DNA of 64,000 nucleotides from Fervidobacterium sp. (GTDB taxonomy: Bacteria > Thermotogota > Thermotogae > Thermotogales > Fervidobacteriaceae). The stretch's first letter is position 1. The number at the start of each line of letters is the position of its first letter. The translations under genes were made by a program, and so were the position numbers. Positions 48,414-58,374 of the stretch are shown here, in pieces. The notes under the pieces were generated by a model. It was given only the letters and a program-made list of their open reading frames with translations. It did no database searches and was not told where the DNA came from. The stretch is taken from NCBI GenBank assembly GCA_049970055.1, contig JBMFNR010000002.1, positions 436,406 through 500,405 of the forward strand, read 5' to 3'.

Positions 48414-50903
48414 ATGAAATGGATGAGTGTTTTATTGTTTGTTTTACTAATTTGCGTTGTATTTTGCGCTTTTGGTGTTGATTATTCCCTATACGGTCAT
48501 AAGGATACCGTTTGGGAAATGGTCTCGGATGGTTCATATCTTTACTCTGTTGGTGCGGATGGAATGTTGAAGGTATGGGATGATAATTTGAGAATGATGC
48601 AGAGTATGACATCGCATGGTAGTTGGGCAAGGTCCGTGGCTGTAAATGACAGATACATAGCAGTGGGGGGGTACAAGCCCGATAACACGATTAAGATCTT
48701 TGATAAAAAGACAGGACAACTTCTGTATACTTTAAAAGGTCATATTGCTTCTGTTTTTACTGTGTATTTTTACAAAGATTACCTTATATCTGGGAGTTCG
48801 GATAATACTGTGATCATCTGGAAAGGTTTTAAAATGGTAAAGGTGTTAAAGGTACACGACAGTTGGGTGAGAAAGGTTATTGTCGTCAATGATAAGCTTT
48901 TTAGCGGAGATGAGAGTGGGAAGATAAACGTTGTAGATTTGAAAACATTTAAAGTGATAAAAACTTACGAACTGAAAAGTATGGTAATTTCTATGGATAA
49001 TAACAACGATTTTTTGTTCGTTGGTACATCTAAAGGGGAGGTTTATTTAATAAGTTTGATAGATTTGAGTATGAGTTTGTTGAGAAAATTTCAGAACGAT
49101 GTATACGCTATAAAATGCGTTGGAAATACAATTTACATGGCACAGATGGGAGATATTTTCTCTTACAATTTGATAGATTCAAAAATAAAACGTTTTTCCG
49201 TATCTGCATCAGAAATAACTTCGATCGTTTTTTTGAAAAATAAAATCTTTATTTCCAACCGTCAGGGAGAGATTTTTATATATTCTCTTGACGGAAAGTA
49301 TATTTCGAAATCGCCGAGGCATTTTTTCTACGCTGTGAAGTTGGCTATTGATAATGATTATCTATACGTTGGCAAGGACACGTTGGTATACGCTTTCAAC
49401 CGAAAGTCTGGTGTAAGAGTCTGGAGTTATGACTTGGGTAGTCAAGTAAGAAATATTTACAGTTTTTCAAGCTATATTGTTGTTACAGGTGCGAATGGTG
49501 ATGTTGTTTTTGTAAAAGATGGTAAGATAGCGCGCTTGTTTCATTTAAAAGATGCTGGAATTTCGATCACGAGCATTGGTGAGAGAATTTGTATAGGCTC
49601 GTTTGAGACTATTTACGAGTATTCACGCGACAAAATTGACAATTTACTTTCGATAACAGGTGAGTGGATAAGTGCGCTGTCGAGTTTTCAAAGGGGAAAT
49701 GAAAATAAATTACTCATTGGTACGAACGCTGGGAAGGTTTACGAGTACGACTTTAAAACGAAAAAATTATCAGTTCTTTACATTGGTTCAAGTATTGTAA
49801 TCGGCTTTGGTGTAAGTAAATCATTGAAGGCATTTTTCTTCGATGGAAGTATTGTTGATTTATCGAGTAAGTTAAAAGTGTCTTCGAATGTCTTCCCTGC
49901 GTATGTAGGGCTAGTAGTGGATGGAAGACAAATTATTGGTGGATCGATCCTAACGATTGATGGAAAGGTTATGGAATTTGAAGCTCCAGTTGTTAGTATT
50001 GCAGCGAGTTCTGGCACCATGTTTGTTGGACTATCGAATGGAAGAGTTTTTGAGATCCAAGATGATAAAATTCTTAGGCAATTCTCGACAGGTATTGGCA
50101 AAGTCTCAACATTATATTTCGATGATTTGGTCATTGCTGGGCACGAGGATGGAAAGGTCTCCGTTTGGGAGTACAACAAAAATTCCGGAGATTATGTGCT
50201 AATAAAGATTTTAGACGATCATTCGGACAGTGTCAAAAAGGTTCTGAAAAAAGGCGATTTAGTCTTTTCTTCATCGAGTGATAGAACGATAAAGGTATGG
50301 GATTTGAAAAGTGGGAAACTGAGAAGAACTTTATCAAGGCATTATGGCTATGTGTGGAGCATTTTTATCATCGACGATTATCTCATTAGCGGCGGATGGG
50401 ATGGCAAAGTTATCGTATGGGATACAAGAACATATGAACCTATAAAAGTGTACGAAACAGGCCTATCAATAACGGATGTTTGGGCACGTTCAAAGGATGA
50501 TATATACGTATCTTCATTGGAAGGTGTTGTCGTAAAACTAGGTCAAACGGTACGCAAAAGGAAGCTGTGTGATAATACTCTATGGTCTTTAGATGGAATT
50601 GGTGATAAAATTATAAAAATATATGTTGGTGGGTGGGACGGTATTGTTTACGTTTTGGACAAAGATTTGAATTTGCTACTAAGTAAGAAATGTCACAACG
50701 CTACAGTCTTTAAAGTGGCTGTATTTGATAAATACTTAATTACGGCTGGCTCTGACAATGTCATTAAGACATGGGATGAGAGTTTTAATTTACTAAGTGA
50801 CTACTCTAATTTCAGGCAATCGATTTTAACAGTTGCCATTTCAAAATCGACAGGTAAGATAATTACTACGAATGGCGATAGTATAATTGAACTTCGCAAA
50901 TGA
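48414..50903 (+). CDS. Exported WD40-repeat beta-propeller protein
   Basis: Signal peptide; repeated GH...SGS.D.T.KVWD units. Confidence 0.9.
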   Translation: MKWMSVLLFVLLICVVFCAFGVDYSLYGHKDTVWEMVSDGSYLYSVGADGMLKVWDDNLRMMQSMTSHGSWARSVAVNDRYIAVGGYKPDNTIKIFDKKTGQLLYTLKGHIASVFTVYFYKDYLISGSSDNTVIIWKGFKMVKVLKVHDSWVRKVIVVNDKLFSGDESGKINVVDLKTFKVIKTYELKSMVISMDNNNDFLFVGTSKGEVYLISLIDLSMSLLRKFQNDVYAIKCVGNTIYMAQMGDIFSYNLIDSKIKRFSVSASEITSIVFLKNKIFISNRQGEIFIYSLDGKYISKSPRHFFYAVKLAIDNDYLYVGKDTLVYAFNRKSGVRVWSYDLGSQVRNIYSFSSYIVVTGANGDVVFVKDGKIARLFHLKDAGISITSIGERICIGSFETIYEYSRDKIDNLLSITGEWISALSSFQRGNENKLLIGTNAGKVYEYDFKTKKLSVLYIGSSIVIGFGVSKSLKAFFFDGSIVDLSSKLKVSSNVFPAYVGLVVDGRQIIGGSILTIDGKVMEFEAPVVSIAASSGTMFVGLSNGRVFEIQDDKILRQFSTGIGKVSTLYFDDLVIAGHEDGKVSVWEYNKNSGDYVLIKILDDHSDSVKKVLKKGDLVFSSSSDRTIKVWDLKSGKLRRTLSRHYGYVWSIFIIDDYLISGGWDGKVIVWDTRTYEPIKVYETGLSITDVWARSKDDIYVSSLEGVVVKLGQTVRKRKLCDNTLWSLDGIGDKIIKIYVGGWDGIVYVLDKDLNLLLSKKCHNATVFKVAVFDKYLITAGSDNVIKTWDESFNLLSDYSNFRQSILTVAISKSTGKIITTNGDSIIELRK

Positions 50904-50938
50904 AACACATAATAGAGAAATAGGAGGTACAGAGAATT

Positions 50939-51475
50939 ATGGAAAAGACGATAAGTACTATGTTGGTATTCGATGGTATTCTATTGAGGGTTATGAAAGA
51001 TGAAGTTTTACTTGAAAACGGCGTTCTTAGTACACGCGAGTATGTTCTTCATCCTGGTGCTGTTGCGGTAGTACCTGTTACAGATGATGGAAAGATAATA
51101 CTTGTTGAGCAATACAGATACCCGATCAAACAGATGCTTTTGGAAATCCCAGCGGGAAAATTTGATAAACCCGGCGAAAATCCTCTAGACTGTGCAAGAA
51201 GGGAGTTAGAAGAAGAAACGGGGTACAGAGCCCAAGAGTACACATACCTAGGCTATATTCACACAACACCGGGATTCTCAAATGAGGCCATCCATTTATA
51301 TATGGCGAGAAAGCTTTATAAAGGGGCTATGGATCCAGATGAGGATGAAATTTTGAAAGTACATTTTGAGGATTTCGATGCGGTAGTAAAGAAATGTATA
51401 AATGGTGAGATAACTGACGTAAAGACAATAGTAGGTGTCATGAGAGCATACTTCAGGTTAAGAGGTGAAAAGTGA
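50939..51475 (+). CDS. NUDIX hydrolase (ADP-ribose pyrophosphatase-like)
   Basis: HPGAVAV, QYRYP, EIPAGK...ARRELEEETG, PGFSNE. Confidence 0.9.
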   Translation: MEKTISTMLVFDGILLRVMKDEVLLENGVLSTREYVLHPGAVAVVPVTDDGKIILVEQYRYPIKQMLLEIPAGKFDKPGENPLDCARRELEEETGYRAQEYTYLGYIHTTPGFSNEAIHLYMARKLYKGAMDPDEDEILKVHFEDFDAVVKKCINGEITDVKTIVGVMRAYFRLRGEK

Positions 51476-52068
51476 TGGTTAAGGTGATTATCAATGGTCG
51501 GGAATCCAGCTTCTCTGCTAGTGAGTTTGGAAATTTTGGAGATTTATTAAAAAAGGTTATCCCAGATGGTATGGTTTTGAAGGGGTTGAGAATAAATGAA
51601 AAAGACATACCAGTTTCATACATTGATGAGCTTAAAGGTGCAAAGCTTGATGAAGAAATAACTATCGAAATGGAACTTGTGAATACAATAGAATTTTTGA
51701 AAGAGACGTTGAATGACGTTTTAGGATATATAAACAACGTGAAAACTTTACTTCCACAAGTTTCGAGTAATTTGATAGTCGGAAACGATAGTGGATGGAA
51801 AGCGATAAAAGACCTTTCCGATGGCATAGCTGCTATGGAGAATCTAAGAAATTCGACACAACAAATTACAAAACTTAATGATAGTGAGCTAGCCTTAACG
51901 ATAAGTAGGGAGGCTATTACTGCTATACTCAAAGATTTATTGAGAGCACTGGACACAAGGGACAATATAGAGATATCTGACATAATCGAAAACAGAGTAC
52001 CTGATGTGCTAGATTACTACATAGAGTACTTTAGAAAAGTGCTTGAAGCGCTTGAGAAAATAAATTAA
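51472..52068 (+). CDS. Hypothetical protein upstream of fliS
   Basis: 198-aa ORF overlapping the NUDIX stop, with RBS. Confidence 0.7.
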   Translation: MMVKVIINGRESSFSASEFGNFGDLLKKVIPDGMVLKGLRINEKDIPVSYIDELKGAKLDEEITIEMELVNTIEFLKETLNDVLGYINNVKTLLPQVSSNLIVGNDSGWKAIKDLSDGIAAMENLRNSTQQITKLNDSELALTISREAITAILKDLLRALDTRDNIEISDIIENRVPDVLDYYIEYFRKVLEALEKIN

Positions 52069-52084
52069 AAGGGAGGAATTAGGA

Positions 52085-52492
52085 ATGGATTACACAGAAC
52101 AAATGGTAATGACGGCAAGCCCTGCAAAATTGATCGAAATGTTGCTAGAAAAAGCTGTTAGTGTCCTAGTAGAATCTAAAAAGTTCATAGATGAGAAAAA
52201 CTTTACAGGTGCAAATGAAAAGATAGTTAGGGCTCAAGATATCATCATGGAACTCAACCTGGCACTCGATATGGAGAAAGGAGGAGATATAGCAAAGAAT
52301 TTGAGGGCACTTTACAACTTCATGTACAGAACTTTATTGGAAGCTAATATTAAAAAAGATAAAAAAATGATCGATGATGTGATCTCTTTGCTTTTGGATT
52401 TGCTATCTACTTGGAGAGAAGCTATGAAACTTGCTGGAAGTACTGCAAGTCAAATAGATGTTAATAAACCAAAAATAAATCTTACGTTCTAA
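52085..52492 (+). CDS. fliS: Flagellar export chaperone FliS
   Basis: TASPAKLIEML, AQDIIMEL..ALDMEKGG.IA.NL..LY. Confidence 0.95.
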   Translation: MDYTEQMVMTASPAKLIEMLLEKAVSVLVESKKFIDEKNFTGANEKIVRAQDIIMELNLALDMEKGGDIAKNLRALYNFMYRTLLEANIKKDKKMIDDVISLLLDLLSTWREAMKLAGSTASQIDVNKPKINLTF

Positions 52493-52517
52493 AACTTGTT
52501 AAAAGTCGGAGGAGATT

Positions 52518-52730
52518 ATGAAGATAGCTTTTGCCATATCCAATATATTTTTTATCGGTTTTGTGGTAACTCTTGCTGTTACGATAATATTTTTTGAAAT
52601 AAGTCTAAGGGCTTTGCGAAGTCAAAACGAAAGAAAATCAAAAGAGAGCAATAGACTTGGAATAAGGTGGCTTCTCATTTCCCTCGGGTTATTAGGCTTA
52701 TCTATTTTGTTTTCATTATTCAAATTCTGA
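52518..52730 (+). CDS. Small two-TM membrane protein
   Basis: GGAGG RBS, two hydrophobic helices. Confidence 0.6.
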   Translation: MKIAFAISNIFFIGFVVTLAVTIIFFEISLRALRSQNERKSKESNRLGIRWLLISLGLLGLSILFSLFKF

Positions 52731-52798
52731 AAGCACTTGTTTATAGGGGGATTTATGGTAAAATATTGTTAGTGTAAATTGATTTTGGGGGTGATTTA

Positions 52799-53254
52799 AT
52801 GGAACTTAAATTTTTAACATTCCATCTCGGAGAAGAAGTGTTTGCTATTAACATTATGAAAGTTGAACGAGTGAAGGAATATGAAAAGACGACAAAGATT
52901 CCAAATATCGCTGATTTTGTCGAGGGAATTATTAATCTAATGGGAGAGATTGTTCCTATAATCAACCTAAGGAAAAAGTTTATGCTAGAAGATTTTCAAA
53001 ACAAGGAAAAGACTAAGATAATAGTTGTTAAGCTTGACAACGGGAAAAAGGTAGGATTTTTAGTTGATGATGTAAGGGAAGTACTGACCGTTACAGAAGA
53101 TATGATTGATGAACCCCCATCGCATGCTGGCGGCATTTCAAATGTGAAGTTCATATCTGGTGTGATTAAACTCGAAAACGAGATGATACTGACACTCGAA
53201 GTTGACAATCTATTGACCTCCGGAGAGAAATTGGCGCTTGCCAATATTGGTTAA
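52799..53254 (+). CDS. cheW: Chemotaxis coupling protein CheW
   Basis: FLTFHLGEE, VEGIINLMGEIVPIINLR, GFLVDDV. Confidence 0.95.
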   Translation: MELKFLTFHLGEEVFAINIMKVERVKEYEKTTKIPNIADFVEGIINLMGEIVPIINLRKKFMLEDFQNKEKTKIIVVKLDNGKKVGFLVDDVREVLTVTEDMIDEPPSHAGGISNVKFISGVIKLENEMILTLEVDNLLTSGEKLALANIG

Positions 53255-53267
53255 GTTATAAGCTATC

Positions 53268-53328
53268 TTGAAAAAATTAAAAGCTTATGATAAAATATCA
53301 AGGGCTTGTCGTGGCTCTTGATATTTTT
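53268..53328 (+). promoter_or_regulatory. tRNA-Val promoter overlapped by a terminator-like hairpin
   Basis: TTGAAA(53268)-17 nt-TAAAAT(53291) with TG; hairpin AAATATCAAGGGC...GCTCTTGATATTT then Ts. Confidence 0.6.
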
Positions 53329-53335
53329 ATATCCT

Positions 53336-53410
53336 GGGTGTGTAGCTCAGTGGAAGAGCACTTCCCTCACGAGGAAGGGGTCGTAGGTTCAATTCCTACC
53401 ACACCCACCA
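53336..53410 (+). tRNA. tRNA-Val(CAC)
   Basis: GGGTGTG/CACACCC stem, CTTCC-CT-CAC-GA-GGAAG, GTTCAA, encoded CCA. Confidence 0.96.
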
Positions 53411-53420
53411 AGGTCTTAAC

Positions 53421-53460
53421 AAAAAAGAACCGTAACAGTCGTATGTTACGGTTCTTTTTT
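53421..53460. terminator. Bidirectional intrinsic terminator
   Basis: AAAAAAGAACCGTAACA...TGTTACGGTTCTTTTTT. Confidence 0.88.
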
Positions 53461-53478
53461 CGAATTGTCTTTTTAAAG

Positions 53479-54747
53479 TTACGCTCTCCCTGTCCATATT
53501 TTGATGAGATTTTTAAAAGTTAAAATCAAAAAGTAAGTTGCGACAGCGATAATTACGGTTATCAGCTCACGATAAAAGACTACGTATATGGGTGCTTTAA
53601 TATGGCAGAAGGAATTAAAAGTTGAAACAAGACCTAAGGTACCAAAGAAGGCGAAAACCGAATTTATGAAAGGGTTTTCTAAGTCTGTTGCCAGTAAAAG
53701 CATCGGTAAGAAAATTAGTTCTTTGATGCGTGGCCTTATAATGAATATGTTTTCTAAAGTCATCCTGACTTTTTCTTCGAATGCAGTCACGAAACCATAA
53801 TTTCCACTTCTTAAAATCACATAAACAACAACCGGCAAGGCTATGATTGAAAAAACAACCATCTGCTTTCTTGTTACCAGCTGTTCCCTTCTCAATTTAG
53901 TAAATTCGATTAAAAATACGGTAATGGGAAGTAAGATGAGAGACAATTTTACGCCACGGTACGTTTCGAGGTCATTTAAGTAGTCAAAGGAGTAAAGTGA
54001 AAAATTAGTTAATGTTCCAAGTATAACAAAGTTGACGATTTTTGTGAATTTATCTTTTGTCGAATAGTAACAAACAATTGTTCCAAGTATACTAAACATA
54101 CTTACGTAAAGCCAATAGCTTTTGAAAAATAGGAAAAAAATGATTGCTAAAGGCATTTGTAATGATACAAATACTCCAAGTAAGAGGCCAAAAATTTTGT
54201 TGTTCCAATCAGTATTGTCGGGTTTGGGTATTGTTGTAGATACCTGGAAGAAATTTTTGAACATATCGAATGCGTCGATTGATGTTTTTGAATATGGGAT
54301 TACTATTACTTCAACACTTCTTTCAACAACGGCTCTCCAAAACCTTTTGAAGAGTGTGTAAGCATTGTACTTTGTTATTTCTTCCGGTTTTATGTAATGT
54401 ACTTTAACTATGTTTTTGTATTTTGTTGTTTTATAGAATTCTTTGATAAAGTTCTCCTCTCCATAGAATTCAAGGTTTCCAACGTATCTTCCGTTGACTT
54501 TTTTATAGAAGTCTTCTGTGGTCTCTTTAATACCTTTCATTGGAATTATCAGCTGTACGTCATTTGAGATATTTTCTTTCCCTGTGTAGAATAAAACTCG
54601 ACTGTCGTCCTCAAAAAACACTGCGACAGCAGTGTTAGCTTTATCAATGGGAATACGAAAAAATATTAAACCAAGGACAATCAAGGAAAAAATCGTGACT
54701 ACTATATTTATGTAATTTTCGCGTTTTGGTAACAGCGGAAATTTCAA
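53479..54747 (-). CDS. Membrane protein, DUF5693-like
   Basis: RAVVERS, YRGVKL, RPRIKE, NSFCH...P motifs; many TM helices. Confidence 0.6.
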   Translation of the reverse strand: MKFPLLPKRENYINIVVTIFSLIVLGLIFFRIPIDKANTAVAVFFEDDSRVLFYTGKENISNDVQLIIPMKGIKETTEDFYKKVNGRYVGNLEFYGEENFIKEFYKTTKYKNIVKVHYIKPEEITKYNAYTLFKRFWRAVVERSVEVIVIPYSKTSIDAFDMFKNFFQVSTTIPKPDNTDWNNKIFGLLLGVFVSLQMPLAIIFFLFFKSYWLYVSMFSILGTIVCYYSTKDKFTKIVNFVILGTLTNFSLYSFDYLNDLETYRGVKLSLILLPITVFLIEFTKLRREQLVTRKQMVVFSIIALPVVVYVILRSGNYGFVTAFEEKVRMTLENIFIIRPRIKELIFLPMLLLATDLENPFINSVFAFFGTLGLVSTFNSFCHIKAPIYVVFYRELITVIIAVATYFLILTFKNLIKIWTGRA

Positions 54748-55685
54748 TTCTTACCACTCTCCATTTTCAGTAATCGCAAGGTGTTTAGTAGATCATCACT
54801 TATTTTTGCGCTGATATCGTACGTTTTGCCTTCAAATTCAAAAATCATTCTACTGCAATGCAAAAATTGCCTTTTCAGGCTGTATCTTTTTGAAAATTCC
54901 CGATTGAGTTTGAAATTACCGTAGTCTTTATCGCAAACTATGGGGAAGCCTACTGATGAAAGATGCTTTCTAATTTGGTGTTTCCTACCAGTTTCTATTT
55001 CAACATCAACATGTGTTAACTCCGTTATTTCATTTCCGAGCTTAATTTTAAAATACTCTATTGGTTTCACGTGACTTACCGCTTCCTGTCCATCGACTGG
55101 TTCATCTATTGTAATTTGTTCAATTTTTCCAAAAACAAGTGCACTGTAAATTTTTTCAACATTTCGAGAGGATATTATTTCACTTAAAATTCTTGCAGTA
55201 TTTCTATTTTTTGCAACTATCAAAACACCAGAAGTTTCTTTATCAAGTCTATGGACAAGGAAAGGTTCGAACCCATTAGTCTGTCCGTAATGCATTAACC
55301 CTTCGATTAGTGATGGTTTGTTAACATTTTTCCCTGGATGAACGGACAATCCCGCTGGCTTGTTAACTGAGATGATCTTTTCATCCTCGTATATGATCTC
55401 TAAATCTAACTTTGCTGGTCTAAGATCTGTGTAATTCCTCTTGTAGTTTTCTATTTCCTCGTTTATAACTTCTACGATATCACCTATATTCAATTTCGTA
55501 GACGGTTGCTTAATCTTCTTACCATTTACAAGAACCTTGCCAGTTCGCAAGAACTTATAAATAGCACTTAATGGCACATTTTTTAAAGCTTTGCGCAAAA
55601 ATTTATCTACCCTTGAAAAGTAGTTGTCTTCGTTTATAATCCACCTAAGTTGGTTATCTTTTACCATGGATGCACCTGCCTTCAC
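54744..55685 (-). CDS. RluA/RluC-family pseudouridine synthase with S4 domain
   Basis: RVDKFL, NKPAGLSVH, VHRLDKETSG, TGRKHQIR, QFLH. Confidence 0.93.
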   Translation of the reverse strand: MKAGASMVKDNQLRWIINEDNYFSRVDKFLRKALKNVPLSAIYKFLRTGKVLVNGKKIKQPSTKLNIGDIVEVINEEIENYKRNYTDLRPAKLDLEIIYEDEKIISVNKPAGLSVHPGKNVNKPSLIEGLMHYGQTNGFEPFLVHRLDKETSGVLIVAKNRNTARILSEIISSRNVEKIYSALVFGKIEQITIDEPVDGQEAVSHVKPIEYFKIKLGNEITELTHVDVEIETGRKHQIRKHLSSVGFPIVCDKDYGNFKLNREFSKRYSLKRQFLHCSRMIFEFEGKTYDISAKISDDLLNTLRLLKMESGKN

Positions 55686-55706
55686 TACATCTTGATGAGT
55701 CTAAAA

Positions 55707-56363
55707 TTACAACAGATGTTTGTCAAGCAGCTCAGCAATTATCGTTGATGGTAAACTTGCGAATTTTCGGAAATTTTGCTCATACTCAATCTGAGCGTGT
55801 TCTTCACTTGTATCAACGATAACCTTCAGTGAGCAAAATTCTACACCATTTTGAGCACAGACTTTTGCCATTGCTGCACTGTCCATATCAGCGGCAAGAG
55901 CATTGAATTTTTTGTAAAGTGTTTCTTTTGCAATTTTGCTGCTTACCAGGAAGTCTCCACTTACGATTGGTCCAAAAACGATATTTGGATAGATATCAAG
56001 AATTTTTTCAAGGAGCTTTCCAGAAGCGTGTATAGGCGTTATATCACCAGCCTGGAAGTCGTGTTCATAATAATTATTGCCACATACGATATCTCCTATT
56101 TTTAATCTTGGATCAATAGCTCCAGCGGATCCGCAATGAATAATGTATCCTGGGTTGAATTTGTCTATAATAGCTTGGGTTAACATTGCACTTTCGACTT
56201 TGCCAATGAAGCCGTATACTGTAACTATTTCGTTCCCGCCTATTATTCCCCGCGAAAAATTCCTTTTGACGATTTCTCCATTTTCAAGAAGGGGGAGTAA
56301 ATCTCTGAAGACTCCAATAATTTCTTCCTTCAAAACTCCTGTTACGACAACCATATTCTCCAC
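55707..56363 (-). CDS. MTA/SAH nucleosidase-like protein (divergent)
   Basis: IGKVESA, GSAGA, GDIV, SGD, ADMDSAA. Confidence 0.75.
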   Translation of the reverse strand: MENMVVVTGVLKEEIIGVFRDLLPLLENGEIVKRNFSRGIIGGNEIVTVYGFIGKVESAMLTQAIIDKFNPGYIIHCGSAGAIDPRLKIGDIVCGNNYYEHDFQAGDITPIHASGKLLEKILDIYPNIVFGPIVSGDFLVSSKIAKETLYKKFNALAADMDSAAMAKVCAQNGVEFCSLKVIVDTSEEHAQIEYEQNFRKFASLPSTIIAELLDKHLL

Positions 56364-56380
56364 CTCGATTTAGCTGGAGC

Positions 56381-56848
56381 CTATTTTCCACCCCTTATTG
56401 CCGCGTGTATTTCAACATCTTCACTTTCAAATAGCGTAGCTGGGAGCTTTATTATTATCCCTTCCGTTGTTATTTTCATTCCTTCACCAGTTATTACCGT
56501 TGGTGGAGTTATATCTATCTTGTGCCCGAGTTTTTCCAGATTCATAGCTATGCCTCCAGATGTCATGTTTCCCAGCTCACCGATAGCACTGAGTGATAGT
56601 TCATCTAAGGTGTTGTACTCCATTCCCATCATCCTTGAAACTATCGAAAGTGCCGTCTTTTCGTTGAATGCGTAAATGAAATTTCCTTCAATATCGCCTG
56701 TAAACCCTATAACTGTCACAATGTTGTATTTCGGAACAATCTCTTTGACAGCAAGAGGTTTTCCAAACTGGGGTTTGAGTTGAAGAACGGCTTCATACGT
56801 ACTTTGTGCTGAAGAAAGAATCGTATTGATAATTCTCACATCAACCAT
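56381..56848 (-). CDS. cheX: CheY-P phosphatase CheX
   Basis: IGFTG, SAIGELGNM, DITPPTVI. Confidence 0.92.
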   Translation of the reverse strand: MVDVRIINTILSSAQSTYEAVLQLKPQFGKPLAVKEIVPKYNIVTVIGFTGDIEGNFIYAFNEKTALSIVSRMMGMEYNTLDELSLSAIGELGNMTSGGIAMNLEKLGHKIDITPPTVITGEGMKITTEGIIIKLPATLFESEDVEIHAAIRGGK

Positions 56849-57641
56849 TTTTCACAACCTCCCAAAATTTATCAATATCAGTATCGTACGTGTATCTTCC
56901 CATTTTACCCTCGGACAATTCTTTAAAAAACAACATTCTCGCTTTTTCTAGATCTGCTTCACCACCTTTTCTTAATAATCCACGTTTCCTTGCGTAGCTG
57001 TCAAGAAACGTATAAAGCTCACCATCCACCTTAGCCACTTCCTTATATATATTGAATGCAACTTCGTATATTTCGTCGCTCAAATTTTCAACGGGTATTG
57101 AGCCGATAAGTAACAGCTTTGCCATGACTTCTTTTGAGTAGAGTTCAGAGTATAAGATTCCGGGAGAATCAAGGACAACAATTCCGTCGGTACTTATCCA
57201 TTGAACTCCGCGTGTTATTCCCGGTTGTGCACCTGTTTTTGATCGGTGTCTGCCAAGAATTTTGTTTATTATGGTAGATTTTCCAACATTCGGTACACCG
57301 ACAACTACCAGATGCACATTAGACCTGATTGTTGAGCTCTTTATAAATTTAACCAGGTCCTTTCTATTAGTTTCCTTATTGACAAGCATGGTAGGGAATA
57401 CCTTTGATATCTCTGCGTACCACAGTTCATTGTATCTTTCATCTGCAAGATCAGATTTGTTCAGTAAAATTATTTTTTCTTTATCCTTAAACATATTCAT
57501 TTCAAAACTCGTTGTAGCAACAGGTGTTCTAGCGTCCAAAACGATTATCACGATGTCTATTTTCTTCAAATTTTCCCTAATCTGCCTTTTCGCCTTTTGA
57601 ACGTGTCCAGGGTACCAGACATTTACCTTCTCTTCACTCAC
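56841..57641 (-). CDS. rbgA: Ribosome biogenesis GTPase RbgA/YlqF
   Basis: WYPGH, DAR.P, NKSDL, GVPNVGKST, PGITR, DSPG. Confidence 0.93.
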   Translation of the reverse strand: MSEEKVNVWYPGHVQKAKRQIRENLKKIDIVIIVLDARTPVATTSFEMNMFKDKEKIILLNKSDLADERYNELWYAEISKVFPTMLVNKETNRKDLVKFIKSSTIRSNVHLVVVGVPNVGKSTIINKILGRHRSKTGAQPGITRGVQWISTDGIVVLDSPGILYSELYSKEVMAKLLLIGSIPVENLSDEIYEVAFNIYKEVAKVDGELYTFLDSYARKRGLLRKGGEADLEKARMLFFKELSEGKMGRYTYDTDIDKFWEVVKNG

Positions 57642-57663
57642 GAAACCACCACTTTCAATTTTT

Positions 57664-58374
57664 TCAAACCTTTGGGACGACTAGAGTGCCAACGTTTTCG
57701 CCTCTTATAGCTTTTGAGAGGTTACCATTTTCGAAAAAATTCATGACCAATATAATCATGTTATATCTTTTACATATGGAAAACGCTTCTGTATCCATTA
57801 TTTTTAGATTTTTCTCTATGGCTTCATCGTATGTTATCACACTGTACTTTTTAGCGTCATCGTAAAGTTTTGGGTCTTTGTCGTATATCCCCTCCACTTT
57901 TGTACCTTTGATCAAAAGCTCAGCTTTCATTTCGACAGCTCTGAGTGCAGCGCCAGTGTCTGTTGTGAAAAATGGATTGCTCGTACCACCTGCAAAAATA
58001 ACGACGTAACCTGCGTCAAAATACAGATCAATATCATCGTAGTTGATGAGTTTCACGGATGGAAGAGTGACTATCTGCGAGACAACCACAGTTCTAATCC
58101 CTGCATTTTCGAATCTATCTTTCAAATAAAGAGCATTTATGACTGTTCCAAGCATTCCTATCTGATCGGAAATGGTAGGCCTTAATCCATCAAAATCCCT
58201 TCCACGGAAAAGATTACCAGCACCTATGACTATTCCAAGTTTAGTACCAAATTCTGAGATTTCCTTTATCTCCTTGATTAAATATTCAACATGTTCCTCA
58301 CTGAAACCTTTTTGCGATTCACCACTTAGGACTTCTCCGCTGAGTTTTAAGAGTACACGTTTGTACATCCTCAT
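57664..58374 (-). CDS. pyrH: UMP kinase
   Basis: KLSGE, GAGNLFRG, GMLGT, NPFFTTD, MDTEA. Confidence 0.96.
   Translation of the reverse strand: MRMYKRVLLKLSGEVLSGESQKGFSEEHVEYLIKEIKEISEFGTKLGIVIGAGNLFRGRDFDGLRPTISDQIGMLGTVINALYLKDRFENAGIRTVVVSQIVTLPSVKLINYDDIDLYFDAGYVVIFAGGTSNPFFTTDTGAALRAVEMKAELLIKGTKVEGIYDKDPKLYDDAKKYSVITYDEAIEKNLKIMDTEAFSICKRYNMIILVMNFFENGNLSKAIRGENVGTLVVPKV

Noticed and set aside
57102..57109. GCCGATAA sigma-28 -10 near cheX (also at ~19226)
   Set aside because: On the opposite strand to the genes and inside coding sequence
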